Positions 1 through 8,766 of a stretch of 64,000 nucleotides of DNA are shown here, in pieces. Position 1 is the stretch's first letter. The number at the start of each line of letters is the position of its first letter. Both the position numbers and the translations under genes were made by a program. The stretch comes from a bacterium (GTDB lineage Bacteria > Actinomycetota > Acidimicrobiia > Acidimicrobiales > Bin134), in NCBI GenBank assembly GCA_026709025.1, contig JAPOTT010000029.1, positions 86,231-150,230 of the forward strand, written 5' to 3'. The notes beneath the pieces are model-generated. The model did not search any database. It was not told where the DNA came from and worked only from the letters and a program-made list of their open reading frames with translations.

Positions 1-7
1 CTCAACT

Positions 8-3000
8 TTGTATACGGTATTTAGTGGGTTGGAAGCGAATGTGTCGTATAGGTTCTTTTTCTGGTGGAGAGCTTCGTCTAGTAGTAGTTGGAAGCAAGTG
101 CATCCCAGCAGGGTGTGTTCCACTATTGCACCGCCTGTAGCACCGCCGATTACTTGCACGGCTACGGCTAGTTCTGTTTCGATTAGGTGGGGTTCGGTGC
201 GTGGGGCTGTGCGGTATCGGGTGTCGCGGGGCAGTGGTTGGGCCACAGCGTCGGGATCATCTCACACGTTCAGCAATTTATCCGAGTCAACTGCATACAC
301 GGTAAGAGTACAAGGTGGGAACTCCGCGGGTTGGGGTGATTCTGGCACAGCTACTTGTAGAACGATGGCTTCGTTGTTGTCTGCACCAACGGGTTTACGC
401 TGTGAGGCTACTTCGTCTCAGATCAGGTTGTCTTGGAATGCAGTGGCCGGGGCTAGTGGTTATTCGGCGAAGATCCAATTAGTACAGCCGGGTAGTACAC
501 AAACCGATGTTCGTACTAGTGCTACTTCAGCTACTTTTGCTGGATTGCAGCCGTCCACTCGATACTGGGTGAGCGTGTTGGCGTTGAAGAACAGCGAGCC
601 TCAGCAGTTTGCTGGCGTGTATTGCATCACTCTGGTTGCTATTGCTGCACCAACGCTTTCTTGTACAGCAACTTCAAGTAGTGTAACTGTATCATGGCCG
701 AGGGTAACGGGTGCCACAAAATATCGGGCCAGAGTGGGTGGTGGGGCTTGGACAGCAGATTTTGCTTATACGTCTTATACTTTCACTGGTTTAGCGGCTG
801 GCGTAATGCATACTGTTACTGTTCAAGCGGGCGCTAGCGGTGGTTGGGGGAGCGCAGCTAGCGTTCGGTGTGTAACCGCAGCACAAAGCGTGTCTTGCGA
901 TGACACCACCTCTAACAGCGTTTTATTGGAATGGGACGACCGAGCCGATGCGGATTACTGGTATGCGGCCATATCGCGGGGAACCGGCTATTTCAGCCCC
1001 CGATATGCAGATCGTCAGATAAACGAAGCAACATCTACGCTGTTTACAGGGTTAGATAAAGACACCCGTTACGTAATGCTGCTGTGGTGGTATGACGGAA
1101 GTAATTGGAACCAAACCATTCCGCCTCCTGAATGTCACACTAAAGCCTTAGACACCCCGAACGTAACAGAATATGCTACGGGCGGGAACACCTTAAGTAT
1201 TCAGTGGAACCCTGTAGATAGGGCACAGCGCTATCAAGTGCAAATTACGCCTATAGGTACTAGAGTAACTTTAGGTACCTCACAGAACAACCAGTGGGAG
1301 ACGGTAGTATCCACCGGTACCTTCCACACCTTCACTAACCTTGTCCCCAATACCCAATATACGGTACGACTGAGAGCTATCAACGCCCAAAACCAAGCAA
1401 GCGCAATCGCTAGGTTAGCTCGTTATACCTCACCTGCTCGCTGCAAAGCAGTAACCGCAACAACCATAACGTTAGCTTGGCAAGACCCTGACGAGGATTA
1501 TCAGTGGCGTATAAGGCGTAAGGTTGGCGAGAACCAGTATACAAATACTAGTATTCATGCAAAGGGAACTAGCACTGAGACTACTGTGACAGGGCTTACT
1601 GCCAACACCGAATACTCTTTTTCAGTAGAGCGTAGGGCATCTAGCACAGAGCCGTGGGAGCACCAGAACCCGTTCCCGCATTGTCACACCTCCCCTGCAA
1701 GCCCAACTATCACGCAGTGCCCACAAGCCGCTGATGTAGATGGAACAATACGATGGACACCAAACGGAGCCCACTACTACCGCATCACCCTCAACAAAAA
1801 CCAAACAAATCCTGTGTGGATAATTACTAACTCAAATGCACATACCTATTCCAATCTCGTCGAAGGAACAACATATAATATCGCAGTCCAAGCTAGAAAC
1901 CCACAAGGCTGGTCCACTTCTAGCGATTGCAACATGAAAACACTACCTCCTATACCAAACAACCTCATCACAGGCACTGGCACATACTACTTCACAGAGG
2001 GAACAATAAAGGGTGTCCTCTATGCCGCCGAAACTGCAATCAACGACTATGCCACAGCTAACCCTAGTACATGGAACTCTTGCAAAAGCACAATAGATAA
2101 AACAAAACTAGCAGCCATAATGCTATCAATTCCTCCAGGCGAAGTTATCAATCCACTCACTTCAGCCACAGCAAACTCACCCATGACTCTTGGGCGTAGC
2201 GATAATTTTACAATACAAGTAATAAAAAATAGCAATGGAATTAAAGCAAGCCTAAACCTTCGTACTTATTCACACACTACAGTAGAAGATTATCTTAGAG
2301 CTCACTGGAGTCCCGCTGTTGGCCCTTGGCAACTCGATAATCTTGGTGATGATATTAAATTCAACCATGCTGAACGAGCAGATATCACTAAGGGAGGCAA
2401 GATAATTGCTAGTTTTCTGCGTGATTCGCATTGTAGTAATCCGAATGAATATAGCGGGCTTAGGAGTGTCTTAAATAGTCGATGGTATGGGTGTAGTCCT
2501 GAAAAAGAAGTAGAAGATAAAGAAGGAAATAAGAGTAGGGAAGAAATCTTAGACGCATGTTATAATCGCTATATTATAAACTCAAATCGGATATATAGAA
2601 ATGGTACATTAAATATACAGTTAGCTCAAGAGAATTCACAAAAACCAAAATTAGACCAAGTAGATGGTGGCATCAATGAACGAGTTTGTAGGTGGAGCTC
2701 AGATCTAGTTCCGATGCCATGCTATCTGTATGATACCGGTAAGCCACAGGGAGCAGTAATGGACAGTACTCCCAACGGAGGACCACCCACTCACCACAAT
2801 CCTTTCACACCTTACCCAAGTGCTTTTATCTCTTTGACTGAGCCAGCCACTAGTACTAAGTATGCAGTATGGCCTTCTAAGTGGCCCACTTCAAGTAGTC
2901 TAATGCCATGGCCTACAGAAGTCGTATCTGCCAGTTTTGCAATCTATCGAGCAGTTAGGGCTGATAGGTTCGTCCGATGCAGTCCAGGGCACAACCCTAT

Positions 3001-3238
3001 CAAAAATCAAGGAGATAGTGAGGGTACTTGTCATGGTGAAACTTATGCACCTTTTGGGATAATAAAAGTTAAGGAACCCACGGTAGGAGATCCGAATGTA
3101 GAGGGGTGGTTTGATGGTTCTATCCCATATCTGAAGAATGGAACTGATAAAGATTACCATCGCCTTCAGATGGAAGCTTGCTCACAGCATTTTGTAGCTC
3201 AGGTAGCTTTTAGATACTGTTGGTGGGAAGATGTATAG
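8..3238 (+). CDS. Surface/secreted protein with about 8 tandem fibronectin type III-like modules and an unassigned Cys-rich C-terminal domain of about 430 aa. The 5' end probably lies upstream of the window.
   Basis: The frame is open to the window edge and there is no signal peptide. An 85-95 aa module recurs, for example CTATSSSVTVSWPRVTGATKYRARV...YTFTGL...HTVTVQA...GWGS...C, and each module is bracketed by Cys. After about aa 645 there is no repeat and I recognise no motif. Confidence 0.7.
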   Translation: MYTVFSGLEANVSYRFFFWWRASSSSSWKQVHPSRVCSTIAPPVAPPITCTATASSVSIRWGSVRGAVRYRVSRGSGWATASGSSHTFSNLSESTAYTVRVQGGNSAGWGDSGTATCRTMASLLSAPTGLRCEATSSQIRLSWNAVAGASGYSAKIQLVQPGSTQTDVRTSATSATFAGLQPSTRYWVSVLALKNSEPQQFAGVYCITLVAIAAPTLSCTATSSSVTVSWPRVTGATKYRARVGGGAWTADFAYTSYTFTGLAAGVMHTVTVQAGASGGWGSAASVRCVTAAQSVSCDDTTSNSVLLEWDDRADADYWYAAISRGTGYFSPRYADRQINEATSTLFTGLDKDTRYVMLLWWYDGSNWNQTIPPPECHTKALDTPNVTEYATGGNTLSIQWNPVDRAQRYQVQITPIGTRVTLGTSQNNQWETVVSTGTFHTFTNLVPNTQYTVRLRAINAQNQASAIARLARYTSPARCKAVTATTITLAWQDPDEDYQWRIRRKVGENQYTNTSIHAKGTSTETTVTGLTANTEYSFSVERRASSTEPWEHQNPFPHCHTSPASPTITQCPQAADVDGTIRWTPNGAHYYRITLNKNQTNPVWIITNSNAHTYSNLVEGTTYNIAVQARNPQGWSTSSDCNMKTLPPIPNNLITGTGTYYFTEGTIKGVLYAAETAINDYATANPSTWNSCKSTIDKTKLAAIMLSIPPGEVINPLTSATANSPMTLGRSDNFTIQVIKNSNGIKASLNLRTYSHTTVEDYLRAHWSPAVGPWQLDNLGDDIKFNHAERADITKGGKIIASFLRDSHCSNPNEYSGLRSVLNSRWYGCSPEKEVEDKEGNKSREEILDACYNRYIINSNRIYRNGTLNIQLAQENSQKPKLDQVDGGINERVCRWSSDLVPMPCYLYDTGKPQGAVMDSTPNGGPPTHHNPFTPYPSAFISLTEPATSTKYAVWPSKWPTSSSLMPWPTEVVSASFAIYRAVRADRFVRCSPGHNPIKNQGDSEGTCHGETYAPFGIIKVKEPTVGDPNVEGWFDGSIPYLKNGTDKDYHRLQMEACSQHFVAQVAFRYCWWEDV

Positions 3239-5756
3239 GTCTTATTTGAGGCTAGGGATGTTTAGTGGCCAGTTTTCTTTGCCTGGATATATCTTCGTGT
3301 TTCTTTGTTGTCTGGGTATGTTTGCGGGTGGTTGTAGTAGTACTGAGACTACTGAAGTTGCTGAAGCTGAAGTATTGTTACCATTAATTGAGTCGCGTAG
3401 TTTTTCAGATTTTCAAAATCTTGCATCTAACAGTAGTTCTTTGCAAACTCGTAATGCGGATGATGAGGTTGAAGTGGAGAGCAGTGTTGCAAATGAGCCT
3501 GCTGGTACTTCTTCAGTCAGTATTGACACGCCTCCTCCTCCACTGATTGAAGATACAGTAGTTAGTAACTCTGATGCTAACTCTTCAGATGCTGTTGATA
3601 GCTCTGTTCAGGAGGAAGATACTCAACCACTTACACCAGATAGTAATGTACTATTTTTGGATGATCGAACAGAAGAGAATGTGGTGAGGTTGGTGAAGGA
3701 ATCTATTACATTGCGAGATTGCGTGATGCGGGGGGAAATCCATAACTACTCAGAAGATCAGTATGCAAGGGATGTCACAGTAACAGTTGGAGCATTAGAT
3801 GGCAAAGAAAGTGCTGTACGGCACTGGCCTCTTACAATTGAGCCTGGAGAAAGCGCTCCATTTGAGATAGCAATTGATTGGTTTCCTCATAGATATAATG
3901 ATTTACTATATAGCTCCTTAGATTTTTCACACTGGCATAATAACCGTATATATATTGATAATTTGTTTTATAACTATTATAATATCTTTGGCAATATGTA
4001 TTTTGATGTTCAAACCAATTTATCGCTTACTCCTGATATAAAGCGAGCTATTAAACTGAATGCAGATGAAACCGCACCAGAGAACCTGTATCAAAACCCA
4101 TCTCATAATTTTTTAGTGTATGATGAACGAGCTTTTGAATTAAAAGATTCTAGAGGATGGCCTAGATCTGGACGTGATTATACAACTATTACTAAGCCAA
4201 GATTCGATTCGATATTTTCTGAAGAGATGGTACAGAGCAGCCAATTAGATCCTGCATTGATAAATTTTGAACTTTATAAATATACAGATGTATTTTATAT
4301 ACCTTCTCGCGTGTATCCTGATACATATAAGCAAGGTGTAGATGACAGTTTGTCTAATGTTAAGATTTATCAAGCATACAAAGATACATTTGGAAGAGTA
4401 TTTGATGTCCGTGAGCTAATTCCACATTCAATTATCGAAGTAAAAGATGCGCAAGGTTTAATTGTAGATCGCCAATTTAATCCTATTTACAATTTTGATA
4501 ATTATGATATTGCTAAACAAGATACTTACAGTAATAAATATGTACAAGTGTTAGATCGATTTAACTATTTTAAGGCTTCTTCTACTTCTATTACAAATGA
4601 AGAAGCTTTGACGCGTAATCCTGGTGTAGAATCGGTTTTTCTATGGAGTACTCTGTGGGCGGGGGGAGCCAGCCATTCAAAGGCATTTTCCTCTTCAGGC
4701 TTTTCACCAGTAGTTGAGGACTTTAATCCTACTGCATGTTTTTCATCCTGGCCATTGTGTAATTTCGACTTTAGTGTGCAAAGTAATTCTGGAATTCAAA
4801 TTGCAATTCGATCTAACTTTTTTGGAAAGCACAGTAAATGTCCAATTTCTGCTAGCAGCGCAACTCATAGGTATGCTCTTAAAGATAGACAAACTGATTC
4901 TATGATTATTAATACGCAATCTCTTCGAATACAAGATCAAACTATTCGTGGGAGTATTTTTAATCTATCAATGGATAAAACAGCTCGCAACGTTGTTGTT
5001 TCTGTTATTGATAAAGAATCAAGAAAAGTACTTGGGAAGCATCAGTGGTCTCTATCCGTTCAACCTAGAGAGATTGTACCTTTTGAAATTATGCTGCTTG
5101 ATGCTGGCCTGAATCTTGAGGAGATCGTATTTGATATATCTTCTGTATTATCTGAAGATATTGATCCAACAAGATCTTTTCAAATCCAGGAATATGTTTC
5201 TGGTACAGTGTATGGTAAGGGATATAAACAACTATACAAGAGCATTCCATTATATCAAAGCGACTATGAAATGTTTATAGGGGATATTCTGGGAACTGAA
5301 ATTCTGCAGTATCCACCATCTCTTCGCTACACTAAAGACGAGTTTAAGGATATCTATAGAGATATACTTGTAGATAGAGATATGGAACAGTTTGAATTAT
5401 TTAGATTTATAGATTTGTATGCTAGATTGGAGTCTTCGGATCTTCATCCAGAATTAGCAAAGATAGTTGCTAATCAATTTATTGGTAACTTGCACGCATA
5501 TATGGCTATTTTTGATGGCGATAAGGTTGTTGATGTTAAGGAAGTACCGTTATTTACTTCTATTGAGGAACAGTCTAATATTGATCAAAACTTGCTGCTG
5601 GTGGATTCTATTCCGGCACCTAATCGATGGGCCCCTAATGCTGTTAGAATGTTGGTAATCATTCCTTATACCGATGAGGAAGATTTAGATAAGGAGTATG
5701 GGTATCAGGTTTGGATTGGTGGGGCTAATTCAGAATCAAGCGTGTTGGAGGAGTAG
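3231..5756 (+). CDS. Large lipoprotein of unknown function (841 aa) with an internal duplicated beta-sandwich-like segment
   Basis: Signal peptide plus lipobox (LGMFAGGC). The ATG overlaps the upstream stop (ATGTATAG, 3231-3238). The gene is very AT-rich and N/Y/I/F-rich. An acidic/Ser-rich linker follows the lipobox. A roughly 65-aa segment occurs twice (nt 3684-3878 and 4902-5108). Confidence 0.65.
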   Translation: MYRSYLRLGMFSGQFSLPGYIFVFLCCLGMFAGGCSSTETTEVAEAEVLLPLIESRSFSDFQNLASNSSSLQTRNADDEVEVESSVANEPAGTSSVSIDTPPPPLIEDTVVSNSDANSSDAVDSSVQEEDTQPLTPDSNVLFLDDRTEENVVRLVKESITLRDCVMRGEIHNYSEDQYARDVTVTVGALDGKESAVRHWPLTIEPGESAPFEIAIDWFPHRYNDLLYSSLDFSHWHNNRIYIDNLFYNYYNIFGNMYFDVQTNLSLTPDIKRAIKLNADETAPENLYQNPSHNFLVYDERAFELKDSRGWPRSGRDYTTITKPRFDSIFSEEMVQSSQLDPALINFELYKYTDVFYIPSRVYPDTYKQGVDDSLSNVKIYQAYKDTFGRVFDVRELIPHSIIEVKDAQGLIVDRQFNPIYNFDNYDIAKQDTYSNKYVQVLDRFNYFKASSTSITNEEALTRNPGVESVFLWSTLWAGGASHSKAFSSSGFSPVVEDFNPTACFSSWPLCNFDFSVQSNSGIQIAIRSNFFGKHSKCPISASSATHRYALKDRQTDSMIINTQSLRIQDQTIRGSIFNLSMDKTARNVVVSVIDKESRKVLGKHQWSLSVQPREIVPFEIMLLDAGLNLEEIVFDISSVLSEDIDPTRSFQIQEYVSGTVYGKGYKQLYKSIPLYQSDYEMFIGDILGTEILQYPPSLRYTKDEFKDIYRDILVDRDMEQFELFRFIDLYARLESSDLHPELAKIVANQFIGNLHAYMAIFDGDKVVDVKEVPLFTSIEEQSNIDQNLLLVDSIPAPNRWAPNAVRMLVIIPYTDEEDLDKEYGYQVWIGGANSESSVLEE

Positions 5757-5799
5757 CCGGTGCATTTGGCCAGTAGTAGCTGCTACTAGGCTGGTTTAG

Positions 5800-6507
5800 A
5801 TGACCATTCTCACTGCGCCAGCCAAGCTTACGCTTTCTTTGAGTATTACCGGGGTTCGCCAAGACGGCTTTCACTTGCTTGAAGCTGAGATGGTGACCCT
5901 TGACTTGGCTGACCAGTTGGAGATTAGCGATGGTAACAGTGTTGTTATAGCCGGGGCAGATGAAGTGGATTTGTCTGACAACCTCATAACGCGGGCTTTG
6001 GAGTTGGTGGGGCGCAAAGCAAAGGTGACCGTTATAAAGAACATTCCCCCGGGTGCTGGGTTAGGCGGAGGCTCAGCAGATGCGGCGGCTGTTTTGCGCT
6101 GGGCAGGATATAGCGATGTGTGTGGCGCCGTGCGTTTGGGTGCCGATGTGCCATTTTGTTTGGCGGGTGGTCGGGCTCGGGTGCAAGGCATTGGGGAAAT
6201 TGTGCAACCGCTGCAACATATCCCCCGTACTTTCACCTTGCTGATTCCGCCGTTTGGCTGCTCCACGCCTGATGTGTATCGCTGTTGGGATGAAATGGGC
6301 GGGCCAAACGGCACAAACGGTAACGACTTAGAACCAGCCGCCCTGCAAGTGGAGCCTCGCCTCGAGCGCTACCGGCGTGAACTTCAACAAGCCACCGCCC
6401 AAACACCGCGGCTAGCTGGCAGCGGCTCTAGTTGGTTTGTGGAGGGTGCTTACCCCGGAGATGGTCGGATGGTGGTGCAAACTGTGCCTACAAGGCCCTC
6501 AAGCTAG
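5800..6507 (+). CDS. ispE: 4-diphosphocytidyl-2-C-methyl-D-erythritol kinase
   Basis: GHMP-kinase motif IPPGAGLGGGSADAAAVLRW. N-terminal APAKLTLSLSITG. The position upstream of prs/pth/mfd matches other actinobacteria. Confidence 0.85.
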   Translation: MTILTAPAKLTLSLSITGVRQDGFHLLEAEMVTLDLADQLEISDGNSVVIAGADEVDLSDNLITRALELVGRKAKVTVIKNIPPGAGLGGGSADAAAVLRWAGYSDVCGAVRLGADVPFCLAGGRARVQGIGEIVQPLQHIPRTFTLLIPPFGCSTPDVYRCWDEMGGPNGTNGNDLEPAALQVEPRLERYRRELQQATAQTPRLAGSGSSWFVEGAYPGDGRMVVQTVPTRPSS

Positions 6508-6622
6508 AACTGTGCATGCAAGCAAGCAGACTGCAAGCTAGTGGACAACAAGCTAGTGCCGCACACAGGCATCGGGGTAGCTGCCACACAGGCAGCCAGG
6601 TTAGTTATTTGTAGAAGGGTAG

Positions 6623-6724
6623 CTACTTGCCGCGTGCACGCCGCTGGAATCTGGTGCGCTTGAGCATCTTCTTGTGCTTCTTCTTACGCATCCGCTTGCG
6701 GCGTTTTTTGATCAACGATCCCAT
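6623..6724 (-). CDS. Ribosomal protein bS22 (actinobacterial 33-aa basic peptide)
   Basis: Not in the ORF track because it is under 60 aa. The reverse complement translates to MGSLIKKRRKRMRKKKHKKMLKRTRFQRRARGK followed by a stop. This closely resembles the mycobacterial bS22 peptide. Confidence 0.8.
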   Translation of the reverse strand: MGSLIKKRRKRMRKKKHKKMLKRTRFQRRARGK

Positions 6725-6835
6725 TAAGCTTCTACCCTAGCGCGACAAGGAGGCCGATAAATAACTAAAGCGGTCATCGGTGGCAGATGGTGTAGTCTGC
6801 TAGAAGTATCTGGCGTAGTATGCCAGAGCACAATA

Positions 6836-6908
6836 TGGCGAGTAGTTCAACAGGCAGAACGCCTGGCTTTGGACCAGGAGGTTGCAGGTTCGAGCCCTGC
6901 CTCGCCAG
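6836..6908 (+). tRNA. tRNA-Gln (anticodon UUG), CCA not encoded
   Basis: Manual cloverleaf. Acceptor TGGCGAG/CTCGCCA, D stem GTTC/GAAC, anticodon stem CCTGG/CCAGG with loop CTTTGGA, variable loop AGGTT, T stem GCAGG/CCTGC with loop TTCGAGC, discriminator G. Confidence 0.9.
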
Positions 6909-7052
6909 CAGGCGCAACCCGGCAGTCGCAACATGGCAGGCGCAGCCCGGCAGGCGCAATCCAACAACACAGCGCTCCAAGCAGCATCGCAACCCAACGC
7001 GCATCTAGAGTAAATCTTAGAGTAGCCAGCACACCCTTACGGAGAAGAGGTT

Positions 7053-8033
7053 ATGGAAGTCGTTACAAAAAAGAAGCTCGCGCTCATCTCGGGGCGAGCA
7101 AATGAACACCTTGCTAGTGATATTGCACGGTGTTTGAACGAACAGCTAGTGGAACCAACCCTAGCCGACTTCGCTAACGGGGAAATCCATTGTCGTTTCG
7201 GAGAGTCTGTGCGGGGCACCGATGTGTTCATCGTGCAAAGCCATACTGCTTATGGGCAAGCCACCATCAACGATGCGGTGATGGAGCACCTCATCATGGT
7301 AGATGCGGCTCGGCGAGCGTCTGCCAAGCGTATTACTGCGGTGTGTCCGTTTTTTGGTTATGCCCGCCAAGATCGCAAGGCCGCAGGCCGAGAGCCCATT
7401 ACCGCTAAGTTGATGGCCAATGCCTTTCGGGTTGCTGGGGCCAACCGGATGCTGAGCGTAGATTTGCATTCGGGGCAGATTCAGGGTTTTTTTGACGGCC
7501 CGTGGGATCACCTCACCGCAATGCCGGTGCTCACCGAGTATCTCAAGGGCGTGGATGGAGATTTGGCCGTGGTGTCGCCTGATGCTGGCCGGGTGAAGGT
7601 GGCCGAGCGCTATAGCAATGAGTTGGGTGCTGATTTGGCCATCGTCCACAAGCGCCGCGCCAAAGATGTAATGCATTCGGTGGAGGTAACCGAAGTGGTG
7701 GGCGATGTGGCGGGGCGTACTTGTGTGCTGATTGACGACATGATCGACACCGGTGGCACCATCGTGGCCGCTGCTGATGCTTTAGCCACTAGAGGTGCGG
7801 CCAACGTTGTTGCTGCTACCACTCATGGGGTGTTTTCTGGCCCAGCCATAGATCGCATCAAAAACTCGGCCATCTCTAAGGTGGTGATAACCAACACGCT
7901 CCCGTTACCGCCGGATAAGCAGATCGACAAGATTGAGGTGCTTTCGGTGGCAAGCATCATTGCCGATGCCATAGACGCTGTGTTTGAAGACACCTCTGTG
8001 TCGGAGATCTTCGGCGGCAAAAACCTTTCTTGA
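7053..8033 (+). CDS. prs: Ribose-phosphate pyrophosphokinase
   Basis: PRPP-binding loop VLIDDMIDTGGTI, plus YARQDRK and HSGQIQGFF motifs. 326 aa. Confidence 0.93.
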   Translation: MEVVTKKKLALISGRANEHLASDIARCLNEQLVEPTLADFANGEIHCRFGESVRGTDVFIVQSHTAYGQATINDAVMEHLIMVDAARRASAKRITAVCPFFGYARQDRKAAGREPITAKLMANAFRVAGANRMLSVDLHSGQIQGFFDGPWDHLTAMPVLTEYLKGVDGDLAVVSPDAGRVKVAERYSNELGADLAIVHKRRAKDVMHSVEVTEVVGDVAGRTCVLIDDMIDTGGTIVAAADALATRGAANVVAATTHGVFSGPAIDRIKNSAISKVVITNTLPLPPDKQIDKIEVLSVASIIADAIDAVFEDTSVSEIFGGKNLS

Positions 8034-8082
8034 TTGCTTTGCTGTTTACGGTGGTTTGAGAGGTAGCATTAGCGGCTGCACT

Positions 8083-8748
8083 ATGGCTGAGTTGATATTA
8101 AAAGCCGATACCACAAGGCAGTTGGGTACCCGTCCAGCTCGCAGGCTGCGTCGCGCCGGTCAGGTGCCGGGTGTGGTGTACGGGTTGGGCGGCGATTCCG
8201 TGCCGGTGGTCGTGAATGCTCGGGAGTTGCGGAATGCGCTCAATACCGAGGCTGGCTTGAATGCTCTGCTCACCCTAGATGTAAACGGCGACCACCAGCT
8301 TGGCTTGGTGAAGGAGTTGCAGCATCATCCAGTACGCAACGAGGTTGTTCATGTGGACTTCATCCGCGTGGATGCCGATGTTGCTGTTGAGGTTGAGGTG
8401 CGCTTGGTGTTGGTGGGTGAAGCCTTAGGGGTAACACACGAAGGTGGCGTGGTGGATCAAGCATCCTTTGTGGTGGGGGTTGCGGCCAAGCCTGAGGTGA
8501 TTCCCAATGAGCTCACCATCGACATTTCTGAGATGACCATGGGCGACACTCTCCGAACCGGCGATATAGCGCTGCCTGAAGGGGTGGAGTTGGTTGGCGA
8601 CCCTGAAGAGTTGGTTGCAAGCACCTCGGTGGCTGTGATTGAGGTGGCGCAGCCTGATGTGTCGCTAGACGAAGAGGGCGAACCGGTTGATGCCGAAGCG
8701 GCAGGCCAAGCCGCAGACGAGTCCTCTTCACAAGAATCCGCCGAGTAG
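8083..8748 (+). CDS. rplY: 50S ribosomal protein bL25 (Ctc form)
   Basis: RRLRRAGQVPGVVYG motif and an acidic C-terminal tail. I prefer the ATG at 8083 over the longer ORF starting at 7984, which overlaps prs. Confidence 0.85.
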   Translation: MAELILKADTTRQLGTRPARRLRRAGQVPGVVYGLGGDSVPVVVNARELRNALNTEAGLNALLTLDVNGDHQLGLVKELQHHPVRNEVVHVDFIRVDADVAVEVEVRLVLVGEALGVTHEGGVVDQASFVVGVAAKPEVIPNELTIDISEMTMGDTLRTGDIALPEGVELVGDPEELVASTSVAVIEVAQPDVSLDEEGEPVDAEAAGQAADESSSQESAE

Positions 8749-8766
8749 TACTCGGCGCCTGTCGCC

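Noticed and set aside
5871-6314. 147-aa minus-strand ORF inside ispE
   Set aside because: It is antisense to a well-supported gene and Ala/Pro/Ser/Arg-rich, as expected for the shadow frame of GC-rich coding DNA. It has no motif.
6774-7105. Five overlapping 60-78-aa ORFs on both strands across the tRNA-Gln region
   Set aside because: They overlap a clean tRNA cloverleaf and each other. They are low-complexity translations of the tRNA and repeat region.
7161-7676. 171-aa minus-strand ORF inside prs, plus other antisense ORFs in prs, mfd, eno, mutAB and meaB
   Set aside because: These are shadow ORFs opposite strongly motif-supported genes.
7984-8082. N-terminal extension of the bL25 ORF
   Set aside because: It overlaps the prs 3' end. 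The conserved bL25 N-terminus begins at the ATG at 8083.
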